64,000 bases of DNA from Candidatus Eiseniibacteriota bacterium (GCA_031364845.1 JANLWX010000156.1:22105-86104); one strand, 5' to 3'; shown: positions 39,987-49,442, counted from the stretch's first letter. The notes: generated by a model from the sequence alone, not told the origin. Program-made: numbers and translations.

Positions 39987-40472
39987 CTATTGGAGATTCA
40001 CCAACTCCACTTCGAAGATGAGCGTGGCGTTGGGGGGAATCTGGCCACCGCCGTATCCGGCCGCGCCGTAGCCGAGTTCGGAAGGAATCGTGAGCTTGCG
40101 CTTGCCGCCGATCTTCATGCCCTTGATGCCGAGGTCCCAGCCGCGGATGACCGAGCCGGCGCCGATCGTGAACGGATAGGGCCTTCCGCTGTTGAGCGAG
40201 CTGTCGAATTGCGTGCCGTCGGTAAGCCAGCCCGTGTAGTGGACCAGCGCCTTCATCCCGTTTTCCGCCACCGGACCCTCCCCGACTCGGAGGTCCTCGT
40301 ACTTCAGTCCGCTCGGGAGCGTCACGACGCCTCCGCTCAGACCCGACGATCCGCCCGCCGGAGTCGATACGGCGCCGGGCGAGGACGAACTCGCGGTCCC
40401 ACCCTGATTGGCGCCGCACCCCACGACACCCGCGAGCATGGCGATCGAGATAACTGAGAGAACCTGCTTCAT
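39987..40472 (-). CDS. FKBP-type peptidyl-prolyl isomerase, lipoprotein
   Basis: Lipobox-like VVGC; VHYTGWLTDGTQFDSS, VIRGWDLG, IPSELGYG, IPPNATLIFEVEL. Confidence 0.92.
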   Translation of the reverse strand: MKQVLSVISIAMLAGVVGCGANQGGTASSSSPGAVSTPAGGSSGLSGGVVTLPSGLKYEDLRVGEGPVAENGMKALVHYTGWLTDGTQFDSSLNSGRPYPFTIGAGSVIRGWDLGIKGMKIGGKRKLTIPSELGYGAAGYGGGQIPPNATLIFEVELVNLQ

Positions 40473-40754
40473 CGGCATCACTCCTGGTCATTGGATTGGG
40501 AGCGCGGAATACACGAGACGACCGGAGACCGCATCGATCTTGAAATTTTGCACGGTTTGGATTCGACTTCAAGCATGCGGGCATGCGCCCGCATTCGTCA
40601 CTCCGAATCCCGCGCCGAATCGACCTCGGAAGCAACGGCCGCAGGCCGATGAACCCTGAAGGGCGCCACCGCCCTGCGATGGGGCCGGACCTGCGCCTGT
40701 GATAGTGTCCCGGCTGGGGATTTTCGTCGTGTCACGCTGAGGGCAAACTCGTCT

Positions 40755-42686
40755 GTGAGCATACTTTCCAGATTCTTGGTTGCTGCCGTGCCGCTGATGG
40801 TCGCGATGGCCGTCCCGCAGTCCGCGACGGGGGATTCCGCCGACTCGCTCGCGACCCTCGACAGTCTTCTGACGCCGATCTCCGATCGGCACGCCGAGAA
40901 CCGGCCGCCGATCGAGAGCGTGGCTCGCGGACTCGGACTCGAGAACGTCACCGTCGACCGCGCCGGCTCTCCGCGGAAGATCGCCTACGAGAACCGCCGC
41001 TTCCGCCACAGTGCCGATGCCTATGGATGGCTCGAGCGCGGCGGTGAGTCCTTTGTCGCCTACGAACGCCGGCTCGGCATGGTCGCCGCCGCCATCGAGC
41101 GCTCCGGCACCGGCCCTGATGCGAAGTTCGTGGTCCGCTACCCCAGTGATGCCGGCTACCGCCGCGCGCCACAAGGTCCCGTTCAGGATCCGACCTCCCA
41201 CACGGTGGATGTGCTCGGAGGTCCGCTCGTCGGCTACGACCTCGGCCGGGTGACCGAGCCGATCCAGTTCCAGTATCAGAATGAGCTGACGGTGCGCTGG
41301 AATCCGTGGCCGGGATCGCGGCTCACCGGTTCGGTGGTGTTTCCGGTGTACAACGACTTCGTTCCCAATGATCTTCATCCGGACATCGACAACGTGCGGC
41401 CCGGGCTGATCACGATGGAGCAGTACGCCTGGATTCCGAAAGTGGCGCTCGCATCGGGTGGCGTGGGGGTCTTCGCCGACAACCGCTACGGCTTCTCGCT
41501 CGGACTCACGCGGCCGTTGTGGGAAGGCGCGGTGATGCTCGATGCGCAGACCGACTTCACGGGATTCGTCGCCTTCAACACCGATGCGATCGACTACTCG
41601 TCTCTGGCCAACTGGAGCACCTACGGTGGCGTGATCTATCGGCCGCCGTTCCTCGACGTCTCCCTGCGCGCGCGCTACGCGCAGTTCCTCTACGGCGATC
41701 ACGGGGCGGAAGTGGAGTTGCGCCGGTCGTTCGGGGACGTCGATCTTTCGTTTTCGCTCGTGAAGTCGAGCGGACTCTCGATCGAAGGTGTGCGCGTGAC
41801 GCTGCCGGTTCCTCCGCTCACGCGCCCGACGCGGATGCCGGTCCGGGTGCTGCCGGTGGAACGCTTTCCCTTCAGTTTCCGCACCGATGCGACTCCCGTG
41901 GGACAGCAAGTCACGGGAACGCCGTCGCGGGACGAGTTCCTCCGCCACCTTTCCACACCGGCAATGGAGTCGAATCGCTACCGCTACGATCGGGCCCAGG
42001 GCCGCAAACCGGATCGGGATCCGGCCCCGGCCCCCTGGGCCAGCCACTCGGGCATGACGGGTTTCATCATCACGCCGTGGGCAGGCGTGCAGCCCGACGG
42101 GCACCTCGAGTTGGGCTTTACGAACATTCCCAAGAAATGGGCGTACAGCCCCGAACGGGGCGTTTACCACAACGAAATTTATTATGCCTCTCTTGGACTT
42201 CTGCCTCATTTAGAGGCCGGATTGAGGATTACGCGTACCCCGGGGTTCGATCCGTTTGGGCATATTGACTCAGGCTCGGAGATCTCGACCGACACCGATC
42301 ATCAGGCCAGCTTCAAAGTCGGGCTGTTCGAACCCCGTGATCGCCGCCCCGGACTCGCCATCGGAGTCGAGGACATACAAGGTACGCGACGCTACCATGC
42401 GGCGTATTTGGTCTCCGGAATCCCTTTTTCAATCTTTCGCGTGCAAAACAGGTTCAGCTTAGGTTATGCTTCTACTGTCTTCACGGCACATCGTCATGTG
42501 CTCGATGGTGCGTTCTCGGCCATCGAGGTTTCCCCCTGGCGAGCCGTGGCGGCCCGGTTCGAGTACGACACCGAGAAATTTAATGTGGGACTCGGGGTTG
42601 AACTAGGATTTGGCTTGCGGATCCGCGCCGCAGCACTCAATATGGAGTCCTTGAGTGCTGGCGTGGGATGGCATCATCAGCTGTGA
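40755..42686 (+). CDS. YjbH/GfcD-family outer-membrane beta-barrel protein
   Basis: Signal peptide, GLENV...YENRRFR module, amphipathic beta-strands, GMTGFIITPWA...LPHLEAGLR...PGLAIGVEDIQG...FEYD motif set. Confidence 0.75.
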   Translation: MSILSRFLVAAVPLMVAMAVPQSATGDSADSLATLDSLLTPISDRHAENRPPIESVARGLGLENVTVDRAGSPRKIAYENRRFRHSADAYGWLERGGESFVAYERRLGMVAAAIERSGTGPDAKFVVRYPSDAGYRRAPQGPVQDPTSHTVDVLGGPLVGYDLGRVTEPIQFQYQNELTVRWNPWPGSRLTGSVVFPVYNDFVPNDLHPDIDNVRPGLITMEQYAWIPKVALASGGVGVFADNRYGFSLGLTRPLWEGAVMLDAQTDFTGFVAFNTDAIDYSSLANWSTYGGVIYRPPFLDVSLRARYAQFLYGDHGAEVELRRSFGDVDLSFSLVKSSGLSIEGVRVTLPVPPLTRPTRMPVRVLPVERFPFSFRTDATPVGQQVTGTPSRDEFLRHLSTPAMESNRYRYDRAQGRKPDRDPAPAPWASHSGMTGFIITPWAGVQPDGHLELGFTNIPKKWAYSPERGVYHNEIYYASLGLLPHLEAGLRITRTPGFDPFGHIDSGSEISTDTDHQASFKVGLFEPRDRRPGLAIGVEDIQGTRRYHAAYLVSGIPFSIFRVQNRFSLGYASTVFTAHRHVLDGAFSAIEVSPWRAVAARFEYDTEKFNVGLGVELGFGLRIRAAALNMESLSAGVGWHHQL

Positions 42687-42813
42687 AGTACGGGTTTCAG
42701 GCCACTGCGCTTCCACGGACGGAATCGCGAAAGAATACGCCAAGGAATTGGCGATCATATGCTCAGCGCCACAGGCCCTCCCTTGGCCGTGCGCGAGGAG
42801 ATGGAGGACCGCG

Positions 42814-43191
42814 ATGAACATCGATCACCGCAACCCGCGCCTTCGCCGGGGCTTCGCCTTCGTTGCGCTTGCGGCACTGCTGGGGCTCTCTGTCGTAGGC
42901 CTCTCGCAGTGTCGTCTTGTCGACGACACGGTCACCGGAGTGGAACTTCAGGCCAATTCCGGCGTGAGTGCCCGTAGCGATTGCGTTCACCAGTGCAATG
43001 AGAAGTACAAGGCCTGCAAGCGTGCCGAAGAAGCCCGTCACAAGGCTGCTCAGCGTGCCTGCTTGAGCGACAAGGCTTGCAAGAAGGCCGAGAAGCTTCT
43101 GAACAAGGCCAACAAGGTTGCATGCAAAGAGGCCATGAAGGATTGCAAGCGTAACTGCTACAACGAAGGTGCCGGCATCGGCGGTCGTTGA
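42814..43191 (+). CDS. Cys-ladder small lipoprotein, paralog 2 (tail YNEGAGIGGR)
   Basis: GGAGG RBS, LSQC, eight Cys spaced 3-6-14-5-14-6-3. Confidence 0.88.
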   Translation: MNIDHRNPRLRRGFAFVALAALLGLSVVGLSQCRLVDDTVTGVELQANSGVSARSDCVHQCNEKYKACKRAEEARHKAAQRACLSDKACKKAEKLLNKANKVACKEAMKDCKRNCYNEGAGIGGR

Positions 43192-43243
43192 GCTAGCTTG
43201 AAAACCTGAAAGCTTCGAAGCTTCGAGACTTCAAAGAAATAAG

Positions 43244-43283
43244 CGAGGCGCCTGACGGAAACTCAGGCGCCTCGTGTTATTTT
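43244..43283 (+). terminator. Rho-independent terminator
   Basis: CGAGGCGCCTGA-loop-TCAGGCGCCTCG followed by TGTTATTTT. Confidence 0.8.
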
Positions 43284-43434
43284 CCGGCGCGGACGATCCC
43301 CCCGTCCTGCCGAGGTCGGCAGCCTGCCGCACTCGATCACTTCCAGCAGCTTGCTGTCGTCATGCCGGTTCCCGTACATGGGGCCGCCAAACACCTGCGT
43401 GCCCGCAACGGGGCCGCACATACGGAGGACCACG

Positions 43435-43815
43435 ATGGACCACACCGTTGAACATCGCACCACGCGCATGCCACGGGGATTCCGCTACTCCTTGCTGCTC
43501 GCAGGACTGGTGATCGCCGCCGTCTCACTGTCCCAGTGCCGCATGATCGACAGCCCGACCACCGGAGTCGACCTCACGCCGTCCACGGTCAGCGGGCGGA
43601 GCGTCTGCTTGCGCGACTGCAACAATCAGTACAAGACGGCTCGCAATGCGGAACAGAACCGCCATCGCGCGGCGTACAGAGCATGCGGCTCGAGCAAGTC
43701 CTGCAAGAAGCAGGAAAAGACCCTCCACAAGGGTAACGAGAAGGCTCTCAAGTCACAGCATAAGGAGTGCAAGCGCGGCTGCTACAACGAAGGCGCCGGC
43801 GTTGGCGGACGCTAG
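43435..43815 (+). CDS. Cys-ladder small lipoprotein, paralog 3 (tail YNEGAGVGGR)
   Basis: GGAGG RBS, LSQC, Cys spacing 3-21-5-21-3. Confidence 0.88.
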   Translation: MDHTVEHRTTRMPRGFRYSLLLAGLVIAAVSLSQCRMIDSPTTGVDLTPSTVSGRSVCLRDCNNQYKTARNAEQNRHRAAYRACGSSKSCKKQEKTLHKGNEKALKSQHKECKRGCYNEGAGVGGR

Positions 43816-43828
43816 ACCGGGAGTGGGT

Positions 43829-43857
43829 CGCGGGCCGGTCCGAGTGACCGGCCCGCG
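43829..43857 (+). terminator. GC-rich hairpin after paralog 3 (putative terminator)
   Basis: CGCGGGCCGGTC-CGAGT-GACCGGCCCGCG; weak U-tract. Confidence 0.5.
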
Positions 43858-43966
43858 GCTTCCCGAACCCGCCACCTCACGAAACGGCACCGTGCGGGTT
43901 GCGGCGGAGCCCGTGGACCTCTAGATTCAGACGGCCTGTCGCAACCAATCGAACCTGGGAGAACTC

Positions 43967-44071
43967 ATGACGTCGTTCAAGCACCGCCTGCGCCGCAAGA
44001 AGGCCCGCACGTCCTACCGCAAGAAGAAGGAAAAGGCCGCTGCGGCGAAGAAGACGACCCGGCGGCGCTAG
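43967..44071 (+). CDS. 34-aa highly basic small protein
   Basis: GGGAGA RBS; MTSFKHRLRRKKARTSYRKKKEKAAAAKKTTRRR*; GC3-biased codons; hairpin downstream. Confidence 0.7.
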   Translation: MTSFKHRLRRKKARTSYRKKKEKAAAAKKTTRRR

Positions 44072-44090
44072 AGCCGATCTCGACGAAACG

Positions 44091-44133
44091 ACGAGAGGGT
44101 GGGTTCCGAGGCTTCGGAGCCCACCCTCTTCGT
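44091..44133. terminator. Hairpin between convergent genes (putative terminator)
   Basis: ACGAGAGGGTGGGTTCCGA-GGCT-TCGGAGCCCACCCTCTTCGT. Confidence 0.7.
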
Positions 44134-44180
44134 ATCGGTGCGGTTGCGCAGGGCCGGGGCCCGCGCAACGGGTCCAGGGT

Positions 44181-44909
44181 TCAGCTCAGTTCGAGATACT
44201 TGAGGTCGATCGGTCCGAACAGCCCGCCGCCCTGGCCTCCAAACAGCTCGTTCCCCCGCCGCAGCGCCTCGGACGGCACGTCCACGACCGGCAGATCCAG
44301 GTTCTCGACCGCGGCCACGCGCGTGGTTGTCGGAAGCGAATACCGCTCGCTCGCGAGATAGTCCTCGAACTCCTCGAGCGTCCACGCGTAAAGCGCGTCG
44401 ACCTCCCAGACCAGCTGGACTTCCTTGCCTCGCACGAGGTCCGGCGGATCGTCGGGCGGGGCGGGCTTGAGCACGCCGACCGCGCAGCAGTCACATCCGA
44501 ACCAGAAGTCCGGCGGTCCCTGCAGGACGAGATTGGCGGACACCCGCGCTTCGGACGGCGCGTCCTTCCACACGTTCGACATCAGCTCGGACAGCGCGAA
44601 CAGATAGCGCAACAGCGCGCGCGGATCGTCGCTGCCCGCACCCTTGACGCCGGTGGCGAGTACCCGAAAATTGCGGATCGCCTCGAGCCGCACCCATGGC
44701 GAGCGCCGGTTGCACAGCGAAGTCATGCCCTTGAGCGTGCCGTCGAGGCGTTCACGCACGACGCTCAGCACGTCCGAGAACGTGCCCTCCCCCTTTTCGA
44801 GGAACTCGACCGTGCGGCGCATGGCGTGGTTGAGCGGAAGGTACGCGCCGCGGAGCGTGGCCCAGTCTTCGGTCAGCCGCTGCTTGGCAATCACGTCCCA
44901 ATCAGCCAC
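44181..44909 (-). CDS. Hypothetical cytoplasmic protein
   Basis: GAGGAGG RBS + GTG, typical codon usage, contains FWFGCDCC. No family recognised. Confidence 0.75.
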   Translation of the reverse strand: MADWDVIAKQRLTEDWATLRGAYLPLNHAMRRTVEFLEKGEGTFSDVLSVVRERLDGTLKGMTSLCNRRSPWVRLEAIRNFRVLATGVKGAGSDDPRALLRYLFALSELMSNVWKDAPSEARVSANLVLQGPPDFWFGCDCCAVGVLKPAPPDDPPDLVRGKEVQLVWEVDALYAWTLEEFEDYLASERYSLPTTTRVAAVENLDLPVVDVPSEALRRGNELFGGQGGGLFGPIDLKYLELS

Positions 44910-45022
44910 AGGTGTCCTCCTCGATCGGCGGAAAAACGTTCATCCAGGCCGGACTTCTTCACGCGACGCTGGTTCGAAAGTATACCGGCAGCCCCACAGA
45001 AGGGTCCAACCGCTGCCGCGCC

Positions 45023-46105
45023 TCAATGGGCCGCGGCCGCGAGGGCCGGGATGTCGATCGTGACCTCGGTGCGGGCCATCTCGGACTCGCGCGCAGCGTC
45101 GAGTGCGCTCTGCACCGCGACCGCGGTCCGAAAATCGGGATCCATCGCGCGTGCCCCGGACATCGCGGAATGCAGGCGCGCGATCAGCATCCGGAACGGC
45201 GCCACCAGCGCGGGCTCACCCTCGCGACGCTCGAGTTCGAGCGCCGCGGGGATCACCATCTCCTCCGGTTCGCGGCCGGTCTCGATGCGCCACAGCCGGT
45301 ACCCGGTCTCGTCCCAGCGCAGTGTGGCCTCGCTGCCGTGGATTTCGAACCGCTCCCAGCGATAGTGCGCGGTGGCATTCAGATCGATCAGCGCGGTCGC
45401 TCCCCCGTCGAAGGTGTAGAGCAGCGAGCACGCGTCGTCAGCGGTCGCGCGGCGCTGCGCGGATCCGGTACCGCGCAACGGCTGATCGACGCGCACCGAC
45501 GCCACCACGGTGCGCGGCTCCCCGAAGAACGTCCGCATGCAATCGGTATGGTGCGATCCGAGGGCACCGAGAATCCCTCCGCCCCGCGCGCGGTCCGCAA
45601 GCCAGGTCATGCCGCGTGATTCGGGCCTGGCCCACAGCGCGTAGCGTCCGAGGATCTCGCCGCGGCGCGGCGTTCCGATCGCACCCTGGCTCACCAGATC
45701 GAGCGCATGCCGGCGCGCGGGGAAGAATCGGAATTCGTGATTGATCGCCGCGACCTTTCCGCGCGCGACCGCTCGGTCGTGCATCTCGGCCGCCTGGAAC
45801 CGATGCATCGCGGTCGGCTTCTCGCACAGAATGTGAGCGCCCTGGTCGAGTGCGGCCATCACCATCGGATGATGGAGGTCGACCGGTGTGGCCACGCTCA
45901 CGAGGTCCGGGCGCACCTCCGCGAGCATCGCGCGCCAGTCCCCGTAGCCTTTCGGGATCCCGAGTTCGGCAGCCACCGCAGCCGCCTTCGTTCCGTCGAA
46001 ACCGGCAATCGCCGCCAGTTCGAATCCGGGATGCTCGCGAAATCCGACCGCTTGAACGGTCTTTCCGAACGATGTCCCGATCAGGGCTACACGAAATCGC
46101 TCCAC
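45023..46105 (-). CDS. Gfo/Idh/MocA family oxidoreductase
   Basis: GGAGGAGG + GTG; VALIGTSFG, HILCEKP, NHEFRF, GGGILGALGSH. Confidence 0.92.
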   Translation of the reverse strand: MERFRVALIGTSFGKTVQAVGFREHPGFELAAIAGFDGTKAAAVAAELGIPKGYGDWRAMLAEVRPDLVSVATPVDLHHPMVMAALDQGAHILCEKPTAMHRFQAAEMHDRAVARGKVAAINHEFRFFPARRHALDLVSQGAIGTPRRGEILGRYALWARPESRGMTWLADRARGGGILGALGSHHTDCMRTFFGEPRTVVASVRVDQPLRGTGSAQRRATADDACSLLYTFDGGATALIDLNATAHYRWERFEIHGSEATLRWDETGYRLWRIETGREPEEMVIPAALELERREGEPALVAPFRMLIARLHSAMSGARAMDPDFRTAVAVQSALDAARESEMARTEVTIDIPALAAAAH

Positions 46106-46193
46106 GTCGTTGCCTCCTCCACCCGCCAGTCTGTTATCTTCGCCGGTCCCTCTCGGAACCTCAGGATGCCCGAATCTCGCACAAGGAGACGCG

Positions 46194-47312
46194 ATGCGCG
46201 ATCCCCGTAACGCCAGGCTGGCCCATTTGATCGTGCACCACTCCACCCAGCTCCAGCCGGGCGAGGCAGTCATGATCGAAGCCTTCGACCTCGCCGACGG
46301 CCTGGTGCTCGATCTGATCGAGGCCGTCCAGGCGGCGGGCGCGATCCCGCTCGTGTTCCTGCGATCCAACGCCGTGCACCGCGCGCTGCTGAACGGTTCG
46401 AACGAGAGTTCGCTGCAACTGCAGGCGGAGATCGAACTGTTCCAGATGCAGAAGGTGCAGGCCTATGTCGGGCTGCGTGCCTCGCACAACAGTTCGGAGC
46501 TCTCGGACGTGCCGTCCGAGCGGATGGCGCTCTATTCCAAGATCGTGTCCCGCCCGGTCCATCTGGACTACCGCGTGAACCGCACCCGCTGGGTCGTGCT
46601 GCGCTATCCGAGCCCGGCGATGGCGCAGAGCGCCAACATGAGCACCGAGCAGTTCGAGGACTTCTACTACCGCGTGTGCACGCTCGACTACGCCCGCATG
46701 GCCGCGGCGATCGTGCCGCTGCGCGAGCGCATGGAGAAGACCGATGAAGTTCGCATCAAGGGTCCGGGGACCGATCTGCGTTTCAGCATCAAAGGCATCG
46801 GCGTGGTCCCGTGCGAGGGTCGCCGCAACATTCCCGACGGCGAATGCTTTACCGCACCCGTGCGGGACTCGGTGAACGGAACCCTCACCTACAACACGCC
46901 CTCGCTCTATCTCGGCACCACCTACGACTCGCTGAGCTTCACGTTCGAGGGCGGACGGATCGTGCGCGCGACCGGGAATCCAAAGGACAAACTCGAAGCC
47001 CTGCTCGATACCGACGAAGGAGCGCGCTTCATCGGAGAGTTCTCGCTCGGATTCAATCCGTTCGTCCAGCACCCGATGAAGGACACGCTGTTTGACGAGA
47101 AGATCGCGGGCTCCCTGCATTTCACGCCGGGCCAGGCCTATTCGATCGCGGAGAACGGCAACCGCTCCCAGATCCATTGGGATCTGGTGCTGATCCAGCG
47201 CCCGGAGTACGGCGGCGGTGAGATCTGGTTCGATGGTGAACTCGTGCGCAAGGACGGACTGTTCGTCGTGCCAGAGCTCGAGTGCCTCAATCCGGCTGAA
47301 CTCGGCCGCTGA
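46194..47312 (+). CDS. M29 aminopeptidase (AmpS/PepS-like)
   Basis: AAGGAG RBS; NIPDGECFTAP, GEFSLG, LFDEKIAGSLHFTPGQAY, NRSQIHWDLV. Confidence 0.93.
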   Translation: MRDPRNARLAHLIVHHSTQLQPGEAVMIEAFDLADGLVLDLIEAVQAAGAIPLVFLRSNAVHRALLNGSNESSLQLQAEIELFQMQKVQAYVGLRASHNSSELSDVPSERMALYSKIVSRPVHLDYRVNRTRWVVLRYPSPAMAQSANMSTEQFEDFYYRVCTLDYARMAAAIVPLRERMEKTDEVRIKGPGTDLRFSIKGIGVVPCEGRRNIPDGECFTAPVRDSVNGTLTYNTPSLYLGTTYDSLSFTFEGGRIVRATGNPKDKLEALLDTDEGARFIGEFSLGFNPFVQHPMKDTLFDEKIAGSLHFTPGQAYSIAENGNRSQIHWDLVLIQRPEYGGGEIWFDGELVRKDGLFVVPELECLNPAELGR

Positions 47313-47384
47313 TTCGATGACGCGCGCGAGCATGACTCGAATCCCCGGTGCCTTGCGGCCGGCACGCGCGCACGGAGTGTGCTC

Positions 47385-49373
47385 GTGATCCAGCTCCAGA
47401 ACCTGCGCTACTCGATCGGCGACCGCGTGCTGTTCGAGAACCTCGACTGGGTGATCGCTCCCGGCGATCGCTTCGCTCTGGTCGGTCCGAACGGCGCAGG
47501 CAAGACCACGCTGCTCAAGGTCTTGCTCGGCGAGTACTCGCCGGAATCGGGCACCCGCGTGATGGCGCGCGGAACCCGCTTCGGGTATCTCCCGCAGGAA
47601 GCGGCGGAGCGCTTCGACGGCACGGTGCTCGAGCGCGCGATGGAGGCGCACAGCAGTCTGATCGGCATGCGCGAGGAGCTGGACGCGCTCCATCAGAGCC
47701 TGCAGGGAATCGCGCACGACGATCCGCGGTTGGAGGCGCTGCTCGAGCGCGCGGGCGAACTCCAGCATCAGCTCGATCTTCACGACGAACACGCGCTCGA
47801 GCCGGAAGCGCGCCGCGTGCTGGCCGGGCTCGGATTCTCGCGCGCCGATCAGGACCGCCCGCTCGCCGAGTTCTCGGGCGGATGGCGCATGCGCACCTCA
47901 CTTGCTGCACTCCTGCTCACCGACCCTACGCTGCTGTTCCTCGACGAGCCGACCAACCATCTCGACCTGCCCGCCATGGAGTGGCTCGAGGACTATCTCG
48001 AGGACTTTCGCGGAGGGCTCGTGGTCGTGTCCCACGACCGCGTGTTCCTGGACCGCGTCGCCGACGATGTCATGGAACTCGACCGCGGCGAGATCACGCC
48101 CTATCCGATGAAGTTCACGCAGTATCTCGAAGCGCGCGTGACGCGCCGCGAACAGATGGAACAGAAGAACCAGCAGATCGAGCAGCGCATCGCGCAGCTC
48201 GCCCACTTCGTCGAGCGCTTCGGTGCCAAGAACACCAAGGCGTCGCAGGCCGCGAGCAAGAAGAAGATGATCGCGCGCCTCAAGACCGAGCGTGTCGTGC
48301 TGCCGCGCCAGGCGCGCACGATCCGGTTCACGTTCCCTCCGCCCCCGCATTCGGGCCGGCTGCTGGTCCAGCTCAAGGACGTGGCGTTCGGATACGACTC
48401 GCACGACATCTTCTCGCACGCGCGAGTCGAGCTCGAGAAGGGCGACAAGATCGCGATCGTCGGAGCCAACGGCGCCGGCAAGACCACCCTGTTGCGCGTG
48501 CTCGCCGGGCAGCTCACCGCCCGCACGGGCGAGCGCGAGACGTGGCCGCACACGAAACTCGCCTACTTCGCCCAGCACGCGGCCGAGACGCTCGAAGGCC
48601 GCTCGACCGTGCTCGAAGCGCTCGAGGACGTGGCGCCCCCCGACTGGCGCCCGCATCTGCGTTCGCTGCTGGGAAGCTTTCTGTTCACGGGCGACGACGT
48701 GTTCAAACACTGCCGCGTCCTGTCGGGCGGCGAGCGCCAGCGCGTCGCGATCGCGCGCATCCTGATGGAGCCGGCGAACCTCATCCTGCTCGACGAGCCG
48801 ACGCATCATCTCGATCTCGCCGGCAAGGAAGTGCTCGAAGAAGCACTCGCCCAGTATCCGGGCGCGGTCGTGGTCGTGACCCACGACCGGTCGCTCATGG
48901 CGCGGCTCGCGACGCGCGTGATCGAGGTGAACGACGGCCGGGTGATCCTCTATCCGGGCGGCTACGACGACTACGAATCCGCGCGCCTCGCCCGCACCGC
49001 CGGGGCACCCGAACCGGCACCTACGGCCTCCCCGGCGGCTCGCGGCGGAACACCCGCGCGAGACGGCGCCAAGCCGGCGGCTCGTCCGCACTCACAGGGT
49101 GGCGTCGCGACCGCGCCGCCTCCTGCGAAGCCCGCCGCTCCCGCCGAGACCAAGGCCCAACGCGCGGCGCGGCAGAAGCGCGAGAAGGACGTCGCGCGGG
49201 TCGAGAAGGACATCGAGACCCGCGAGGCCGAGATCCGCGACGTCGAGCAGCAGCTCGCCGATCCCGCCGTGTACGCCGATGCGCCGCGCTCCAAGGAACT
49301 CGTCCAGCGCTACGAGCGCCTGCGCAGCGAGGTCGAATCCCTGTGGCAGCGGCTGACGGATCTGTCGGGCTGA
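47385..49373 (+). CDS. ABC-F family ATP-binding protein
   Basis: Two ABC domains (GPNGAGKT / FSGGW / LDEPTNH and GANGAGKT / LSGGE / LDEPTHH), no TM, C-terminal coiled coil. Confidence 0.95.
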   Translation: MIQLQNLRYSIGDRVLFENLDWVIAPGDRFALVGPNGAGKTTLLKVLLGEYSPESGTRVMARGTRFGYLPQEAAERFDGTVLERAMEAHSSLIGMREELDALHQSLQGIAHDDPRLEALLERAGELQHQLDLHDEHALEPEARRVLAGLGFSRADQDRPLAEFSGGWRMRTSLAALLLTDPTLLFLDEPTNHLDLPAMEWLEDYLEDFRGGLVVVSHDRVFLDRVADDVMELDRGEITPYPMKFTQYLEARVTRREQMEQKNQQIEQRIAQLAHFVERFGAKNTKASQAASKKKMIARLKTERVVLPRQARTIRFTFPPPPHSGRLLVQLKDVAFGYDSHDIFSHARVELEKGDKIAIVGANGAGKTTLLRVLAGQLTARTGERETWPHTKLAYFAQHAAETLEGRSTVLEALEDVAPPDWRPHLRSLLGSFLFTGDDVFKHCRVLSGGERQRVAIARILMEPANLILLDEPTHHLDLAGKEVLEEALAQYPGAVVVVTHDRSLMARLATRVIEVNDGRVILYPGGYDDYESARLARTAGAPEPAPTASPAARGGTPARDGAKPAARPHSQGGVATAPPPAKPAAPAETKAQRAARQKREKDVARVEKDIETREAEIRDVEQQLADPAVYADAPRSKELVQRYERLRSEVESLWQRLTDLSG

Positions 49374-49442
49374 GGCTCCGTCACAGCTCAGGTCTGCGCC
49401 GCGGGACCCGAACGGTCGCCCGCGGGCCCCGCGGCACCGAGA

